This document shows positions 11,141 to 23,899 of a DNA stretch of 64,000 nt, piece by piece. Source of the stretch: Felis catus (lineage: Eukaryota). Position numbers and translations under genes: made by a program. Where the stretch lies: assembly GCF_018350175.1 (NCBI RefSeq), contig NC_058384.1:66836001-66900000 (forward strand), written 5' to 3'. Position 1 is the first letter of the stretch. Each line of letters opens with the position of its first letter. The notes beneath the pieces were generated by a model. That model was not told the DNA's origin. It saw only the letters and a list, made by a program, of their open reading frames with translations, and made no database searches.

Positions 11141-12879
11141 GTTCAGAGTTCATTGCTGCTACTTCAACTCCAAACCCTAAAGGGAAGTCACTTGAGAAAA
11201 CGTTTATTTATTTCTCCAAACGTGCCCTGTGAGCCTACTAACTGCAAGACACACAGCTTAGAACCGGAGGAGCACGACCCTAAAGCCAGCAGCCACCCAC
11301 AGCTGACCATCCTGTGCTCTTGGGGACCTTTCCGCAGGAACCATGCGCTCAGAGACCGCCAGCACCAGCTCAAGCTGAAGGAAGGTAGGAAACTGAAGGG
11401 GGAGGAAGCTTTGGTTTTATTTGAATGATCCGAGTCTCGAGTCTTGCTCACCTTGGAGAATTCAGGAACTTTGGGAACTTCGAGAATCACACTGACAAAG
11501 AAGGGACGGGGCGGGGAGTCCTCAGGGGTTTCCCCCACCTCGGCCAGACCGAATGGAAGACTCTACAACCTTTAGCGGCAACTTGTTCTGATGCTGCCTC
11601 CCCAGACCTGCAAATGAACTCTCCGCTGTCACAGTGGAGGGAGGCAGGCTGCCTCAAAGTGCCTCCTCCCCCCAGACATCAGAGGTAAACTAGGCGGAGA
11701 ATAGGGCGAAGCAGAGAAGAGAGAGTGCGGAAGAAACGAACCCGTTCTCTTCGGTCTTGTTCAGGGACTTCCCTGCGCTCGAGGCAAAACCAAGACCAAA
11801 GTTTCACTGGAGACAGAAGGCTGTTTGGGATCCTGGACTTGGAAACAACAGACTCGGGGCAAAGAAAGGGTGAAGTAACGTGGAAGAAAGTTTGGAACGA
11901 GACGTGAGGGAGATCCTGGAGCCTCCTTTTCGTGAACAGTCCACATTCATTCACGTGTATTCACTCAGGGAACATCCAGGCAGCAGTCCGCACACCCCGA
12001 GCACTGTTTCGACCGCGAGGGATACGGCACGAATCAACAGGGCCTGCCTTCGGGGGGCTTGTACGGCTGCCGGAGAAAAAGCAAGGGAAAGGGTGAGGGA
12101 TAAGAGGCTGCAGTTCATGCAGGTGGGCCAGAAAGCCCTCCTGAGAAGCCAGTTTCCAAAGGAGCCGATGGGAGAACAAAAGGCCATCTGGGGTTAGAAG
12201 GCGAGGGGCCAGCAAGTGCAAGGAATGGGGGACGGACGGCCCCCAGCCAGAGCTGGAAGCCTGCAGGGCAGGAAGAGCAAAAATAAGCTTCTCCCAGAGG
12301 GCTACCAAAGGTGAGCGCGAGACTGACCAGTTCGCTTTTCAGGAGCCAGAGAGGAAAGACCTCGGCATAACCCTAAGCCCCTGCCCGCCAGCAGGCTCCA
12401 TGTCCCCTTTATTCCCAAAGCACTCGCTCCAGAACAGGCCTTCTATTTTCTGTTCCAACTTGGCGGCTTCTTCTAGAAATAGAACCCAAGCATCCTATCT
12501 CCCCTAGGCTTAGCGGTACCTAAACGGGGAAACTGAGGCACCGGCCTGGAAGTGACAGACCCAGCTCTTCACCTCCACTCTGTCCTTTTCCAGGTAAGAT
12601 CTTACCTGCCGGACACCTGTTACCTCCCAGAGCTCTGCAGCAGAAAGGGGAAGAAGGGGAAGGACAAACCCTCCCCTTCTTTCCTAACTCCCCTCAAGAG
12701 CAGAACTCGGGACGCCTATTCTTTTCGTCCAGACCCTAATGGTTTTAGGTGCAGGGGGGAAAAGTTGGTCCCCCCGAATGTGCAGGCAAGGGCTCAGCTC
12801 AGGAATCCTGCCTCCTGTCACTTCTTCAGGTGGCAGGTCGTAAGCCGTTCTCCGGATAAGACAAGTACCACACGGCCTG

Positions 12880-14300
12880 GGCTGAAGACGCAACAGGGGA
12901 GCAGAAGCAGGCGCGCGGGGGCCCGGGACCGCCAGTGCCGGGGGACGGGACGTGGCCCTTCCGCAGGCGGGTCCGGCCCCGCGAAACCCGCGTGGACCAA
13001 CAGGGAAGTTGACAAACTCAGCTCAGTGAATCGCAGCGAGGCAGGAACGCAGCGGTCCGCGGCCAACGGAGGCACGCACAGGAGGCAGCCCCGGAACCTC
13101 CCAGGTCCCTGATCCGGCGGGGCCCAAACCCGAGCCGAGGGGCAGTGCGGGGGCGCTCTCCCCGGATACTCACATCCCCCTTACGCAGCTCCGGCGCCGC
13201 GATCTTCACGGGCTCTGTCCGCTTCTTTGGCTTGGGAAGGCCCAGGGGGGGCCCGGCACCGCCCACGGAGGGCGGCAGGCCGAGGCCGGGGCCCCGGGGC
13301 GAGGGCAGCCCCAATCCCAGCCCCTCCCCAACTCCCGCCGCCTCGGCCGGGCTCACGCCTGGGGGTGGGGGGAAGCCCCCCAGGCCGAAGGGCAAGGGCG
13401 GAGGCGGCTGGAGCCGGGGGTCTCCGGCGGGAGGGGGCAGCAGCAGCGGCGGGGGGAAAGCTGGGGCCAGCATCTGGGGGGGCGGAGGCAGCAGGGCCGG
13501 GCCCTTGGGTGCGGGGAGAGAAGCGAACAGGCCCCCTAAAGCGGGCCCAGATGGAGGGGCCGCCGCCTCCTCCTCCTCCGGCTCCGGCTCAGCCTCATCC
13601 GGCTCACTCTCATCGCTGCTGGCGTAAGCAACCAGCGACATGGCGCCTCCCGCCTTTGGGGCGCCCTTGCCGGCAGACGAGGCCTACTTGAGACCGGGGA
13701 TGTCCGGGGGCCTAGTGGGCCCCGCCACTGGGCGGGGCGGGGCACCGAAAAGCCCGCCTTCTCCGTACTCTGGGGCTAGGCCCGGCAGGAGCCCATGGCT
13801 ACGGTAGATTTCCACCGAGCAAGGCTTCCCTCTTCACTTAAGCTCCCAGTCCCGGGCAACTACACACAGCTAATGGCCGCCGAGTCACTCCGCCTCCTCC
13901 TCGCCTCACCAATATAGAAACTACAACTCCCAGAGGACACTTTGGCCACAACTCCATTCTCCGCCACTGGAAGCCCAGCGCGGGGCACGGCGGGAGTTCG
14001 AGTCCGAGGAAGGATTAAGGGTCGCGCAGAGAGCCAAGAGGGAAACCCGCCTCTGACGCGAGGACTCCTGGGATGAGTAGTTTCTTCGGTCCTCTGACAA
14101 TTCCTCAGGGGACCACAAGCCCCATCGGTCACCGCGGTAGTCAGCAGACAGTGGGAGAGCATTTCGGTACTTGAAGTTCCCTAGGGTAGACGCGTGGGCG
14201 CTAAGACTGCTGGGAGATGTAGTGCTCTTAGGAACCGCAAGCGACGTCGGGAACGAGAGGGAGTCCGCGAGAGTGGTGAATGGGGAAAAGAGCTTAAAGG
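12880..14300. promoter_or_regulatory. PRCC CpG-island promoter with ZNF143 (SBS)-type motifs
   Basis: CpG-dense. GC boxes near 13730-13743. ACTACAACTCCCAG at 13920-13933 (+), CTGGGAGATGTAGT at 14210-14223 (reverse orientation), and a degenerate copy at 14068-14083. Confidence 0.8.
13174..13641 (-). CDS. PRCC: PRCC coding exon 1 (proline-rich mitotic checkpoint control factor), 156 codons
   Basis: MSLVAYASSDESEPDEAEPEPEEEEAAAPP...proline-rich...KPKKRTEPVKIAAPELRKGD, followed by donor GAT|gtgagt. Recognisable PRCC N-terminus, inside a CpG island. Confidence 0.96.
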
Positions 14301-15315
14301 AAAAGTGAACTCTAAAAGAACTGATGCAGCCCCCGTGTGGCCTGAAGCCAGGAATTGGCCTAAAACACCCCAAAAAGAGGCGGGGCCCGAGAGACCTGTG
14401 CAAAATTGGGAGATGAGTGAGAAAGAAGTGAGACTTAGGGCCTAATAATAAACGTCTGAGAGCTAAAATGAACGTGCCCCGCGTGGGGAGGTGACTCCCT
14501 CGCCCTGACCAAAGTGCACGCCCAGGAGTGACCCTTCGCTGTCCAGCCTGGGGTCTCCCGGCGACAGCCGGCGGAGAGACAGATGCGCAGGGCCTGGCAG
14601 CAGCACCGCGTGCCTCCCGAGTGCCCTTGGGAGACCCGAGGCATCACCCGAGCGCATCCCCGTCCGCCCGGGCCTCCCGCCTGTCCACCTGCGTGTGTCC
14701 TGGGCACCCGTCCTTCTCCGTGCCCGCCGTTTGTTGTCGTGCCTTCGTGTGTGACCTTGTCCACCCACGTGTGTGTGTCCTCCAAAGGCTCGCGCCCGCC
14801 TGCGATTCCACACTTGTCCACCTGTGACTCTGTTTCCTTTCTTCTTTATCCATCTTTGCCTCTTCCTGTCCGCCTGTGACTGGATGTCGTCTATTGTCAT
14901 CTCTGTGTGTGTCCTTCCCATGCCGATCCACTTCTGTGGGCGCCCCCTCCCCACTCTGGGAGAGCAGAAGATTCTACTGAGCTCAGCCCCTGAAAACTGT
15001 TGAAGTTTGGGGAGGAGGCCAAAAAGGAAGATGGAAAGGATGATGGGGGGCCGGGGGTGATGGCCACAAGGAAGAGCGACAGTGACAGGCCCAAGCTTGA
15101 ATCTTCCATCGCTCAAGCCTACATGACCCCTCCCTGCCAGCTTACTCCATGTCTGCAATCTCTCCCCGCCTTCAGAGCCAGACCAATATGCCACTTCCAC
15201 CAACCCTCCTTTCATCTGTTTGCTCCCCACTCTGCATGCACAGAACATTCTTTCTACACGCCAGTTCTTACTGGGCCTAAGATCCCTGGGGGAGCTTCTT
15301 AAAAACACAGATCTT

Positions 15316-15613
15316 GGAGCGCCTGGGTGGCTCAGTCCAGTTGAGCGTCCAACTTCGGTTCAGGTCATGATCTTGAGGTTGGTGAGTTCAAGCCCCGCAT
15401 GGGGCTCCGTGCTGACAGCTCAGAGCCTGGAGCCTGCTTCGGATTCTGTGTCTCCCTCTCTCTCTGCCCCTCCCCCATTCACACTCTGTCTCTGTCTCTC
15501 AAAAATGAATAAATGTTAAAATTTAAACAAGCTCTATGCCCAATGTGCGGCTCAAATCACGACCTCAAGATCGGGGGTCACATGCTCTACCAACTGAGCC
15601 AGCCAGGTGCCCC
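15316..15613. mobile_element. Can-SINE (+, 15316-15520) followed by a short SINE (-, ~15530-15613)
   Basis: GCGCCTGGGTGGCTCAG...(CT)n..AAAAATGAATAAA, then CTGAGCCAGCCAGGTGCCCC. Confidence 0.88.
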
Positions 15614-16302
15614 TGAAGGAATATTTACAGCAAACTTCGCAGACCTGAAGGAAAAGGGTTTTCCGATTGAAAGGTCTCCCAGCTGCTCAGCATAATGGAT
15701 AACAAGGGCCCGGCACCGTTGGGGAATTTCAGAACACCGGAGACAAAGAGAAGATCCTACGATCTCCCTCTGGAAGACTGCGAACTTCATAACAGACACT
15801 CTGGAAACTACCTGACAGCGGAACCAGTCAGAAGGAAAAATGTTTCCAGCCTAGAATTCGACTGGGAGACCATCAATCGAGTGGGCGGGCAGAATAAAGA
15901 CACTTTCAGGCTGGTGGGTTCTCAAAATAACTTCTGTTACAAACACCTTTTCTCAGGAAGTTTACTAGAGGATGTTTCCATCCCAAAACTGGGGGGTGGG
16001 GGCGGATTATTCGTGAAAGAGAAACACCCATGATGTAGAAAACACACAGAAGTGGGCAGGGCCCCCAGGGTGCTGGGGGACGGAAGTGCCAGGAAGGCAG
16101 CTGGGCCCCAGGTAGGTGAAGGCCGCCTGTCAGTCTGGTTCGGGACAGATGGCTTCAGGGACCATGACAGCAAGAATTTGAAATCGGTGGTGTATCTGCT
16201 GTGTCCAAATATTTTGAGAAGAGATTGAGTGGAAAAGGAGAGATTTTGTGGCTGATTTGGTGAGAACCTAGAGATCCAAACAAACAAACAAAAACAAAAA
16301 TA

Positions 16303-16490
16303 GGTGCCCGGGGGGCTCAGGTCATGACCCAATGTTTGTGAGTTCGAGACCCACGTCAGGCTATGTGCTGACAGCTCAGAGCCTGGAGCCTGCTTCCGAT
16401 TCTGTGTCTCCTTCTCTCTCTGTGCCCTCCCCCGCTCACTCTCTGTCTCTCTGTCTCTCAAAAATAAACTTAAAAAAAAAAAATTAAGAA
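16303..16490 (+). mobile_element. Can-SINE, internally deleted
   Basis: GCTCAGGTCATGA...GAGCCTGGAGCCTGCTTCCGATTCTG, A tail. Confidence 0.85.
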
Positions 16491-17742
16491 ACAAAAATAG
16501 TTGACAACTTAGAGAAAAGGAAAATAATATGGCGCAGATGTAACTGACATGTGAACCTGAGTGTTCATACAACAGACATGATCACGGGACTGTACTGGGA
16601 TGATGGGAACTTGGGGGACAGGAAACGTCCATGTGGCTGAGACGGACAGAGGAAAGAGCAAGATATATTCCAGAGGGTTCTGTCAATAGATAAAGCCCAC
16701 AAGAGAAAAATCAAGATATAGCCATCACAGCGTGTTGCTCAGAAATACGGAAGTGAATCGCCAAACGTTAGTCAAAATGGCTTGAATGTTGAACGTTGTT
16801 GTCTCGTGCCGGACCCGGCAGCACACATCCTGAATGTTGTTGTCGCTGGAGAGGGAAGAGAGGAAAGTGGGGGCTGGGACCACTGTTTTTGATTACAACT
16901 TAGAGACCTCTGTTTCTTTTAAACCACAGGCATCTGTGACTTTAAAACAGCAGCAACAAATCTCCGCACAGAAGTGGAGACCCCGTAACCTCCGGCTCCT
17001 GATTTGCTTTCACGGTTGGTCCACACATGACCCTCTCTGGTCTCTCTTGAAAACTGTGTATGGATGTAACCAACACCCACGTCCCTCCCAGCCGATGACT
17101 CCCACTGATCTGTGCTTCCCCGCGCTCCCCTTCCCGCTCAGGGTCCCCTCCTCCCCCAACACTAGGTATCCACTCTCCCGAAAACTTTTCCATGTATATC
17201 CAGTTTTTTCTCGCATCCATATGTACAACTGAAAATACACTGGTCATTTTTAGCTGTGTCTCACTTTACCAAAAGGGTATCAAGCTGTAATGACTTTTCC
17301 TTTCCCACGCAATGTCATATGCCTTAGATGTATCCACATTGAACACGTCTGTTATTTTTTGTTTTGGTACTACTTTGTACGAACACACAATTTATCTATC
17401 CATTCTGCTAGTGAGCATCTGAATTGCGCCTCGGTGTTTGCTGTTAGGAACAAGGTGGCGATGGTCTTTCTCCACGTCTCCTGGTGCGCGCGCACAATGG
17501 TTTCTCTCGTGTGCACCCCTGGGAGTGGAGATCGTAGCATATGTGAATGTCAGACCTTACAACGTGCCATCAAACTGATTTCCAAACAACATGTAAGTGA
17601 CTGTCCACCTCCTACTGGGTGAGCATACGTGGCTTCTTACTGGGGTCTTGATGGGAATTTACTGATCACTGATAATAGAGTAACATTAGTAATGACTAAT
17701 GACATTAGTAACTGGTGTCCTCTCACATGTGTTGCCCATATA

Positions 17743-17940
17743 TTTTTCTTAAGTGTACTTATTTATTTTGACAGACAGAAAGAGGCAGAGAGGGAAGGAG
17801 AGAGCGAATCCCAAGCAGGCTCCGCCCTGTCAGCACAGAGCCCAATGCGGGGATCGGTCCCACTCACTGTGAGATGAGACCTGAGCTGAGATCGAGAGTC
17901 GGATGCTTAACCGACTGAGCCCCCCCCCCCCAGGCGCCCC
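17743..17940 (-). mobile_element. Can-SINE inserted in an old L1M-like fragment (~17200-18050)
   Basis: GAATCCCAAGCAGGCTCC...CAGGCGCCCC; flanks resemble antisense L1M. Confidence 0.85.
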
Positions 17941-19865
17941 TGTAATTTTGTTCTTATGTGAAATTGTTACTCGTGAATTTTGCCCATTTTTCAGTTGGGT
18001 TGTTTCTCTTTACTGATTTGTACGTGTTCTTTGTATAGTCTTGACATAATCTTAGGTTGGTTTGCATGAATACTTTGAAAAAACAAAGAAACGCACCGAA
18101 AAATAAAGGAGGGAGGGTGAATTTGGAGAAAACTGGAAGCTTCCATACTGGACCACGAAGTCAGGTGTGTGAGGGTGACGACAGCACCCAGGGCCACCCC
18201 AGCCGCCTGTCTTACTCATTTCCAGACCCGCCCTTTCCCCCCAAAATTCACCTGCTGTCGGGCACGACACCTAACAATGCCCGAGGAACTGCGTGGGGCA
18301 AAGGAATGAATGAAGCCCCAGGCCATAGGCAGCGTGGTGGCAGAAACGGCCTTTCAGTACCCGATTGCCATCTGTCCCTGTAGAAGCCACCACCGCCTCC
18401 TCCAGTAGGGCCAATCCTGCTGTCCAGTGGAGGGAAGCTCTCTCTCCCCTGAGAGGGAGGGACCAGGAGCGAGCCCGCCAGGGCTCAATCTTACCAGGGC
18501 AGGAAGGGGCCCTGACCCCTCCTTAGCGAGCACCTCCCAGGCTCCTCCCCTCCCCACGCGTCTGTCCCTGGGGTCCCAGAGGCCACACTCCAGGTGAGAG
18601 AGGGCTGCGGCGTGCGGCCACACGTGATTGGGGCCCTGACACTTCTGTGGCCCTGACCCTGGCCCCAGACCTCGTTCCTTTACGCCGCAGGGACTTGGGG
18701 GAAAGCAGACACACCGGGGGTTTGTGGCTGCACAGAACGGCGGGCGGCCCATCCAACCCGGGCACTTCTGGCGGTAAGCAGCGAGGTTACTTCCAGAACC
18801 ACTTGTGGGCAAACACCACGGCGGTGAACGACAGTGCGCCCTCTTCCAGTTTGCAGATTGCAGAGCAACCTGGAGATCCTTCGCCCAGAGCGGACGGCGT
18901 GCACACAGGCTTCTTCGCTACAGCATCGTTGGTTGGTGTTATCACAAGAGGGGAAGGAACCTGAACGTTCACCAACGGGGGACTGGCTAAGTCATCGCGA
19001 CAGGAGGAATCGTGAACTGTCACGCAGCCGTCACAGTGAATGGGACAGTCCTTTGTGGCCGACGTGGAAGGGGTCCCACGGTAAACTGCTTAAAAACGCA
19101 GAACGGTGCATATGGGATGCTGAGATCTGTGTGCAGGAATCCACTTTGTGTTGGCTTCAAAGTTACATAGGAAACGACTGGAAGAACACATACAAAATTG
19201 GTCATATTTTCGTCTCTAAGAAGAAAACTGGGGCAGCTAGGAGATAGAGATACCGTGGAGACCGCTTTCTTCAAAGGCACCTTCTTTACCTCCTGAGTCT
19301 TGTATCGTAAACGTGTATTAATTACTTACCCAAAAAACGAAACTGAGTTTTGAAAACGGCGATGCGGGCCTCATGGCGCTCTCGAGGGGCTCTGCCCGCT
19401 CCTGTCCTGGAAGATGTCACGTCTCTCCCGAGAGCTGAGGAGCTGTTGTCACCACAGTGCTCGGGAGACAAGCCTGGGAGCCTCCTTGGCCTTCCCTTAT
19501 CGGGCACACGCTCAGCAGCAGCCAAGCTGCACCCTCTCCCCTGACCTGGCAGTCCCAGGCCTTTTTAGAAGCTTCTAGAAGTTCAGCTCTGCTCATGTTT
19601 CTCTCCTGCCCAAACCCTTTAATGGCTCCCACCGTCAACCAATTAAATCTAAATTCTGGGGACTCGGGCCCAGGCATTAGCTGTTTTGTTGTTGTTGTTT
19701 TTTAAGCACGTTTTATGCCCAACGTGAGGCTTGAACGCACGATCTGAGATCAGGAGTCGCACACTCTACCGGCTGAGACAGCGAGGCACCCCTGCACTGG
19801 TATTTTTTTTTTTAATTCTTCAAGTGACTAATGTACAGCCCAAGTGGAAAGTCACTGCCTTGGAG

Positions 19866-20051
19866 CAGTGCCGTCCAAGCAAACGGTCTGTGATAACAGA
19901 AAAGTTCCATGTCTGTGCTGTCTGATAGGTGGCCACGAGCCACGTGAGGCTACCGAGCATTTGAAATGTGGTTTGAATGGCAGAAGAACTATTTAATTGT
20001 GTTTAATATAACAATTTCAGTTTCGAGAGTCCAACAGATTGGACAGCACAG
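19866..20051. mobile_element. MER3-like hAT-Charlie DNA transposon relic
   Basis: Terminal inverted repeats CAGTGCCGTCCAA...TTGGACAGCACAG; internal GCCACGAGCCACGTGAGGCTACCGAGCATTTGAAATGTGG. Confidence 0.75.
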
Positions 20052-20101
20052 TCCTAGAGAACGAATCCAGTGAGTTTCACTTTTTGTAGAACAGAGCCCT
20101 C

Positions 20102-20319
20102 TTTTATTTTTAAAAAATTTTTAAAATTGTTATTTATTTTTGAGAGAGAGACGGTGCGAGTGGGGGAGGAACAGAGAGAGAGGGAGACACATTCCAAAGC
20201 AGGCTCCAGGCTCCGAGCGGTCAGCACAGAGCCCGATGCAGGGCTCGAACTCACGAACTGCGAGATCATGACCTGAGCCGAAGTCGGACGCTCAACCAAC
20301 TGAGCCACCCAGGCGCCCC
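20102..20319 (-). mobile_element. Can-SINE with perfect 16-bp TSD
   Basis: TSD AACAGAGCCCTCTTTT at 20090-20105 and 20320-20335. Confidence 0.93.
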
Positions 20320-20352
20320 AACAGAGCCCTCTTTTTAAAAAATACTTTCTTA

Positions 20353-20533
20353 GGGGCACCTGGGTAGCTCAGTCGGTTGAGCATCCGACTTCGGCTCAGG
20401 TCATGATGTCGTGAGTTCAAGCCCCACTTCGGGCTCGCTGCTGTCAGCCTGCCAGCACAGAGCCCGGTTTGGGTCCTCTGTCCTCCCTCCCCCGCTTGCA
20501 CTCTCTCCAAAATAAATCAATATTAAAAAAAAA
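20353..20533 (+). mobile_element. Can-SINE
   Basis: GGGGCACCTGGGTAGCTCAGTCGGTTGAGC..., A tail. Confidence 0.9.
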
Positions 20534-21207
20534 GTTATTATGAAGGATATTATACCTATAGAAGAGTTAGAACATATGCATTTTTTAAGAAAAATATCTA
20601 ATATTGTACTAGCAGGTGAGGGCTAACGCATAGCAGCCAACCATGCACCAGGCACCGTTCTAAGCATTTCCACAGAGCACACACATGAACTGATTCTAGT
20701 CAGCCCTTTCCCAGATGAGAGAGTTGAGGCACAGGAAGGCTGGGTAACCGGTGACTGAGTGAGCGGCGGGGCTGGGACTGGAGCCCAGCCAAGCGGCCCC
20801 CACGGCGGCAGGTGCCAGCTTTAACAGGCACACGCTGTTGCCTGAGCAGCCGGGGGCAGGGGAGCCCATCTTCTCAAAGTGCATAGCACTGAGAATCTAA
20901 TAGAACAATAAATACCGTGATAACACATTTATCAGGCACTTACTATGTTCCAGGCTCTGTGCAAACACTTTAAATACGTTCCTTCATTCATCTCTCATCA
21001 CAACCCCTCTTTACAGACCTGCAAACTGAGACTTGGCGGTTAGGTAGCTCTCCTAGAGTGGCAGTGGTGGAGAGGGTGCTGTGCTGGGACCAGGTCACTT
21101 GGCCACTCGGACTCTTGGTAACACGCAGAAATGCACGTCTCCGCCTTTACGTTGGCTGGCATGCGTTGGGGGGCAATGCAGACACGGTTTTGGAAACCAC
21201 TGGTCCA

Positions 21208-21430
21208 GGGGTGCCTGGGGGGCTCAGTTGGGTAAGCATCCGACTCTTGATTTCGGCTCAGGTCATGATCTCAACATTGTGAGACCAGCAGCATGGAGCC
21301 CGCTTAAAATTCTCTTTCTCTCCCTCTGCTCTTCTCCCCGGCTGGTGCTCTTTCTCTCTCAAAAAAAAAAAACCAAAAACAAAACAAAAACAAAAACAAA
21401 ACACCCAAAAAACAAAAACAAAAACAAAAA
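21208..21430 (+). mobile_element. Can-SINE with (CAAAAA)n tail
   Basis: GGGGTGCCTGGGGGGCTCAG...GCTCAGGTCATGATCTC. Confidence 0.85.
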
Positions 21431-21681
21431 CAGCCACCCTGGTCTGAACTAGCCATCTTCCTTCCCTTCCTCCACTTTACAGAGCATATAACTGGTGGTA
21501 GGGGGTGGGGAGGGGGTCATACAGAGCCAGCACAGGAGCGGAACCTCTAACTTAGGCGGTCAAAGGAAGGCAACTAAACTTTCCTTTGAACCAATTAAGC
21601 ATCTGAGGTTTTCACAGAGGCAAATCTTTTCACTTCAGGACACCCCATAAGGTAGCTATTTGTATCACATTAAAAACAAAA

Positions 21682-21895
21682 TTTAATGTTTATTTACTTT
21701 TGAGAGACAGAGACAGAGACAGAGTGTGAGAAGGGGAGGGGCAGAGAGAGAGAGAGGGAGACCCAGAATCGCAAGCAGGCTCCAGGCTCTGAGGTGTCAG
21801 CACAGAGCCCGACGCGGGGCTCGAACCCATGAACTGTGAGATCATGACCTGAACCGAAATGGGACACTCAACCAATGGAGCCATCCAAGGGCCCC
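21682..21895 (-). mobile_element. Can-SINE
   Basis: TTTATTT..(GA)n..GCAGGCTCCAGGCTCTGAG..GGGCTCGAACCC. Confidence 0.9.
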
Positions 21896-23899
21896 TATTT
21901 GTATCACGTGTTACAGTGGAAGGGAATTTTGTTTAGAAATTCTGTCTAAGCCATTTGCCAAAAGCGGGATTCAAACCAGTTACCCCAACAGGCAAACCCA
22001 GGTCTTTCTACTAGACCACACCGCCCACTCCCCTAGCACCCAGCACAGAGCATCCTGCACACCTCCCTCCCTGGGTCCCTCCCTTCCTGATGTGGACACT
22101 AAGTATCCCACCACTCCCCTGACCTAGCAAGGTCCAGAGACTTGGCCTCGGAACCCTAGAGCTAACTCTGCACCCCCAGCCTTCTCTGCTGTGGGGCCCC
22201 AAGTCCCCTGACTTCTGTCCTGACCTCCCTCTCACACAAAAGTGGAACCAGGCACCAGCCTCCACAGAAGGATTTCACTGAGACATTTGTGAATCGGTTC
22301 CAAGCGGGGCTGGGCATCTAGGGGCCTGTGACCTGTGCATTTTAGCTCCTACCCCTCAAATGGTGATGCAAACTAGAAGCATCAGCACCTTGGGGGTCGT
22401 GAGAAATGCAGCCACCCCAAGCCTACCGAGTTAGAATCCTCTCTTGGAGAGGATTCCCAAAAGATTCGTTTGCACACTGAAGTCTGCAGAGCAGGAGTTA
22501 GACCTGACTCCCCGGGGAAGCCGGCTAATGCTTGGCCACCCGTGTAACTGACCCTCTGCAGCTCTGGGCTCATTGTTAGGGCCAGCTGTGAGGTGGTTGA
22601 GGATGTTATTGTAAGGAGAACTTGGATATTAAATTGCAACCAAGGCCTGGGAGCTTATGGCAACAAAGGGAACCTGGTTGCTTCCTTTCAACTTTGATCT
22701 GCACGGTGGTCTCAATGCCGGGCCCAAGAGATCTGCTGGAGAATTCTGAAGTCTGGCAGCCATCTCCCAACAGGCTATTAAGATGCAACAAAGTGGAGAA
22801 ATGGATAGAGCTCTTGGTTTTAACGAACTGGGCTACACTGGGCTACACGACATCGTTAAACAGTTTAAAACATGCTTGTTGCCCTCAAACTCTGCACATT
22901 TATAACAACTGGCCTGGACCCTTCAAGGAAGCGTGTTGTGACACAGCACTTTCCGAAACATCTTCAAAAACTTGTGACAAGACTCTGGGCTAACAACAAT
23001 AAGAACAAACAAAAGCATTAGCCTGACAGAATGTGGACTATCACACTGACAACATTTCAAACTGGAATGCTTTGCAAAGTAAACACCAACTGGAGTCTAA
23101 CTGCTCTGTTGCAACAAGTTTGGATTTGCTTTTGAAGCAAATCGACAAGTCCGCGGGGAGGCTGGGGCCACGCATCGCAACAAGAGTGGCCCTCTGTGCC
23201 AGCAGCGCCTGGGACAGGGCCGGAGGGACTCCTATCCCAAGGGGGAATTATGCCGGGAGGCCACACTGTTATAAAGGCAAAACTTGTAACACGCATTGCC
23301 GTAAGGATGTCGTGTGTAGGGACAGCAGGCTGATAGGAAGGACGCTGTAACAGCCGCGGGCCTCCGCTGATAAGTAGCCACCCCATGCCTCAGACGGTGT
23401 CAGGGCAGAATGTTATCCCGCCTCGCAGTTGAGGAAACTGACCGAGGAAAGTGCAAGGAAGGGATCCGGGTTCTCAGGAGGAAGGCACGTGGACGTGGGC
23501 CTTCCGCGCTTCTTTGCAGGGAGATCTTGCATATGCTTTGAGGTCGGATCAGGAAACTTGTGCGAAGAATAGCACGTTATTTTACCTATTCAAATCCAGA
23601 ATATCTAGTTGCAAGATGTTAAGGATCTGGAAGTGCGGTAAGAGATCCAAGTTGTCTTATCTGAGACCACACAGGTGTCTGGATTTGAGCGAATCCAAGA
23701 TCGATGGTGACAGCAAACCAAAGAAGTAATGACAGTAGTCCCGTTTGGCTTAACGGGGCGAGACCCGAGTTCAAGGGTTGGTTCTACCACTTGTGATCAC
23801 AGAACCTAGGCTACGATGTCGTCTCTGGAATCCAGCAAAATCACTCTTGGGAGACCCAGATCCGAGTCATCAACTTTGGGAAGCCTCCAAAGAGTCTTC

